Positions 61,182-64,000 of a DNA stretch of 64,000 bases are shown piece by piece. Positions within the stretch are counted from its first letter, which is position 1. Each line of letters opens with the position of its first letter. The notes below the pieces were generated by a model that searched no databases, was not told the DNA's origin, and saw only the letters and a program-made list of their open reading frames with translations. This stretch comes from an uncultured Verrucomicrobiae bacterium (GTDB lineage: Bacteria; Verrucomicrobiota; Verrucomicrobiia; Chthoniobacterales; UBA10450), in NCBI GenBank assembly GCA_963735805.1, contig CAVTMK010000001.1:64001-128000 (forward strand), read 5' to 3'. Position numbers and translations under genes: made by a program.

Positions 61182-61257
61182 GGCAGCGCGTACTAGCAGC
61201 GTCAAGCACGGCGCGCCAGCAGAATATTCTCCCGCCGGCGCGGGATTGGGGCGTTAC

Positions 61258-62772
61258 GTGGAAGCGTGCAAAGCTCACCTGGCGGAGACAGGTTGGGCTC
61301 CCTGGCTAATCCTGGCGTTGGCAGCGTTCCTGCGATTTTTTCTACTGGGCATTAAGCCGCCGCATTTCGATGAAGGCATTAATGGCTGGTTCGTGGATCA
61401 GGTCATGCATAACGGTTTTTACAGATATGATCCGACGAATTACCACGGGCCGCTGCACTTCTATGCCCTGCTGCTGTCGGAGACTTTGTTTGGCCGAAAT
61501 GTCTGGGCCCTGCGGCTACCGGTTGTGCTGGTGAGTATCGGTTGCGTCTGGTTGACGTTGAAATTTGAGCCATTGGTTGGGCGAAACGTGAGTCGAATGG
61601 CAGCACTGGCCATGGCGGTTTCACCCGGGTTCGTCTTCTACGGGCGTTATGCGATCCACGAAGTATGGCTGGTCCTTTTCACAATGGTGTTTATTCTCGG
61701 GCTGCTTGGCCTTTGGAAAAGCGGGACGACTGGTTACCTGTGGTGCGCCGGAATGGGATTGACCGGCATGATCCTTACGAAGGAGACATACATCATCCAC
61801 GTGGTGTGCGCCGTGGTCGCAATTCCGGTGTTGATGGTTTCCAACCTACTCACTCGCCTTCCCGATGCCAAAACGGCGCGGCAAACGTGGAGCTATCTCG
61901 ATCTTGCCATGGTTATTGCCGTTGGTGTTGCCTTGGTCGTCTTTTTCTATTCGGGAGCTTTCCTTAATTGGAATGGCGTAAAGGGTCTTTATCTGGCTTG
62001 TAAAGCGTGGTTTCAAACCGGTGAAGCTGGGCATGGCCATGAAAAGCCATGGTATTATTTCCTGGAATTGACTGCGCGCTACGAATTGCCTGCCCTCGCG
62101 GGGCTGGTGCTTTGCGTATTCTGCCAGGCCTTCAAGAATTTGAGTCTCCGTTACCTTGCCATTTACGGCGTGGGAATGCTCCTGGCCTATAGTTACGTCC
62201 ATTACAAAACGCCATGGTGCATCATTAACATTGTATGGCCGTTTCTGTTTACTTTTGGCGCAGCAGCTCTGCTTGTTGTCGGCAGGTACCGTCGGGCAAT
62301 TTATGTTATATCAGCACTTTTATTGTGTTACTCGCTCGGTTCGTCAATTTCGCTGAACTATTTCCGATGCACGACCGATACTGAGCCATATGTCTATGTT
62401 CAGACTTACAACGACATGTTCAAGCTGACGAGACCGCTTCTGACGTTAGCCAAACGAAACCCGGTCTACTATCACCTGACAGGACATTTGATTCGCTCGA
62501 GCGTTTATCCGTTGCCGTGGGTTCTGGGTGATTTTGACCGGGTCGGCTATTACGAGGGAGGAAACATGCCGGCGAATCTCGACGGCGATTTTCTCCTGGT
62601 GCAGCAGGATAAAATCGCCCAGGTTGAAGCGAAATTGCATGGCGCCTATTACACGCAACCACTGCGGCTTCGGAACTATCAGGAACCCTCCAAACTCTAC
62701 CTGAGTGCCAAGGTCTTCAAAGAATTTTTCCCAGGCAAAGCACCCGATTTCGTTGGGAAAGGGCCTGGTTAA
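61258..62772 (+). CDS. GT-C fold membrane protein (TIGR03663/PMT-like)
   Basis: PHFDEG, YRYDPTNYHGP, TKETY, HEKPWYY, YKTPWC, PYVYVQT; start uncertain (GTG at 61258 chosen to avoid overlapping rfbB). Confidence 0.75.
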   Translation: MEACKAHLAETGWAPWLILALAAFLRFFLLGIKPPHFDEGINGWFVDQVMHNGFYRYDPTNYHGPLHFYALLLSETLFGRNVWALRLPVVLVSIGCVWLTLKFEPLVGRNVSRMAALAMAVSPGFVFYGRYAIHEVWLVLFTMVFILGLLGLWKSGTTGYLWCAGMGLTGMILTKETYIIHVVCAVVAIPVLMVSNLLTRLPDAKTARQTWSYLDLAMVIAVGVALVVFFYSGAFLNWNGVKGLYLACKAWFQTGEAGHGHEKPWYYFLELTARYELPALAGLVLCVFCQAFKNLSLRYLAIYGVGMLLAYSYVHYKTPWCIINIVWPFLFTFGAAALLVVGRYRRAIYVISALLLCYSLGSSISLNYFRCTTDTEPYVYVQTYNDMFKLTRPLLTLAKRNPVYYHLTGHLIRSSVYPLPWVLGDFDRVGYYEGGNMPANLDGDFLLVQQDKIAQVEAKLHGAYYTQPLRLRNYQEPSKLYLSAKVFKEFFPGKAPDFVGKGPG

Positions 62773-62787
62773 ACAACGCTCATTTCG

Positions 62788-64000
62788 ATGAAGTGCCTTT
62801 CGGCAGGTCTAACCTTCGTCAATTTGTCAGTTGTTTGCGGCCTCCTTTTGGGAATGGTCGGCCATGGTTTGAACCCGTTGAGCGCGTCTCTCGCACTGAT
62901 ATGCGGGGCCGCATTTTCCGTGGCTGCCTGGCTCGGAACTTCTGATCCTGACAAAAAAAGCCGCTCTGGAACGACCCTTTCCAAGCAAACGCAGGGCGGA
63001 CAAAAGGGTAAGACGCCTGAATCACTTCAGATTCCATGGACCTACGGAAAATTCTGGTTCTGGTTGGTTGCGGCATTTTTCGCTTTGTTTGCCGTGCGAT
63101 CGTTTTGCTGGCTGCTGTACATCGACGGCGGCGATTGGAAAATTCAATCTCCCAACAACCTTGGTGACCTTTCCCTGCACATCACCTGGATTAGGAATTT
63201 CGCGAGTGGAGTACCTCTTTGGCCGGACAACCCAATCTACGCCCTTAGCAAATTAAGGTACCCCGCTGGGATCGACCTATTCAACGCCCTGCTCTGCCTC
63301 GTTCATGTCGATCTGATTCGCGGATTGGTTTGGACCGGATTGCTTGCATCGCTTGCGACATTTTATGCATTCTTCCGATGGGGCGGCACGTTCGGCGTCG
63401 CAGGTTTTTTGTTCAATGGCGGGATAGCGGGCTTCCAATTCTTGAGGACACTGAAGTTTTTGGATTATCAAGGCACGCAAGCAGATGTCATTCACAAACC
63501 CATCGCTTGGAAAAGCATTGCCCTTTCCATGTTCGTGACTCAGCGCGGGTGGCTCTACGCAATCCCTGCAGCACTGATTCTACTCTGGCATTGGCGGGAG
63601 AAATATTTTCGTGGCACCCCCGTGACCGCGGTCGACTCTTCGACGCGAGATTCATCCTCTACTGAAGCGGATTCGACGCCTGAACCCACCGACGCAATCG
63701 ATCACGCTAGCCGGGCCGACGGGGTTAACGCCCGCAATTACCGCAGCGGGCCGCTACCCTTCTGGGTCGAACTCTCGCTTTACGCATCAATGCCTCTGTT
63801 CCATGTCCATACCTTTATTGCGCTGACGATCGTGCTGGTTATCGCGCTGTTTTTTGAGAGAATAAAGTTGCCCGGAATTTTCAGCGATGCCCCGATACGG
63901 AAACACGGGGCTACACTGCTCAGCGCTGCCTTCATTCCAGCAACCTTTTTCGTCTGGTTGGTTACTGACCAGTTTCACGCGAAATCGATGCTCAAATGGC
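62788..64000 (+). CDS. Multi-TM membrane protein, possibly GT-C fold (3'-truncated by window)
   Basis: ATG at 62788, reads MKCLSAGLTFVNL...NLGDLSLHITWI...; no stop seen, consistent with its absence from the ORF track. Confidence 0.7.
   Translation, partial: MKCLSAGLTFVNLSVVCGLLLGMVGHGLNPLSASLALICGAAFSVAAWLGTSDPDKKSRSGTTLSKQTQGGQKGKTPESLQIPWTYGKFWFWLVAAFFALFAVRSFCWLLYIDGGDWKIQSPNNLGDLSLHITWIRNFASGVPLWPDNPIYALSKLRYPAGIDLFNALLCLVHVDLIRGLVWTGLLASLATFYAFFRWGGTFGVAGFLFNGGIAGFQFLRTLKFLDYQGTQADVIHKPIAWKSIALSMFVTQRGWLYAIPAALILLWHWREKYFRGTPVTAVDSSTRDSSSTEADSTPEPTDAIDHASRADGVNARNYRSGPLPFWVELSLYASMPLFHVHTFIALTIVLVIALFFERIKLPGIFSDAPIRKHGATLLSAAFIPATFFVWLVTDQFHAKSMLKW

Overview
A 64-kb chromosomal segment from a soil-type bacterium. 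The fused lpxC-fabZ, Pro/Thr-rich secreted proteins and an ARC/Dop pair in a lipid A-producing cell suggest Verrucomicrobiota (Chthoniobacterales / Ca. Udaeobacter-like); this lineage call is an inference. Most of the window is housekeeping: xth, infA, two pilT paralogs, a MarR-MFP-RND efflux operon, nusA-infB-rbfA-nrnA-truB-ribF, an ECF sigma operon, prmA-like, ndk, aminotransferase, GH57, lpxC/fabZ-lpxA, recN, satP, creD, aat, guaA, rfbB/rfbD and three tRNAs (Gly, Phe, Asp). Notable points: (1) an orphan contractile-tail tube gene 13 bp downstream of creD; (2) a proteasomal ARC ATPase plus Dop pair with no Pup/UBact, PafA or 20S genes in the window and no HbYX tail; (3) palindromic REP/RPE-like elements apparently read in frame inside several genes; (4) an integrase-less islet of about 1.5 kb at tRNA-Phe bounded by a duplicated tRNA 3' half; (5) a large secreted protein gene with a 1.14-kb tandem duplication carrying the same +1 frameshift in both copies; (6) a perfect 24-bp SlyA-like operator; (7) a 49-aa basic small protein missed by the ORF track. 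All family assignments come from motif recognition by eye; no database searches were run.
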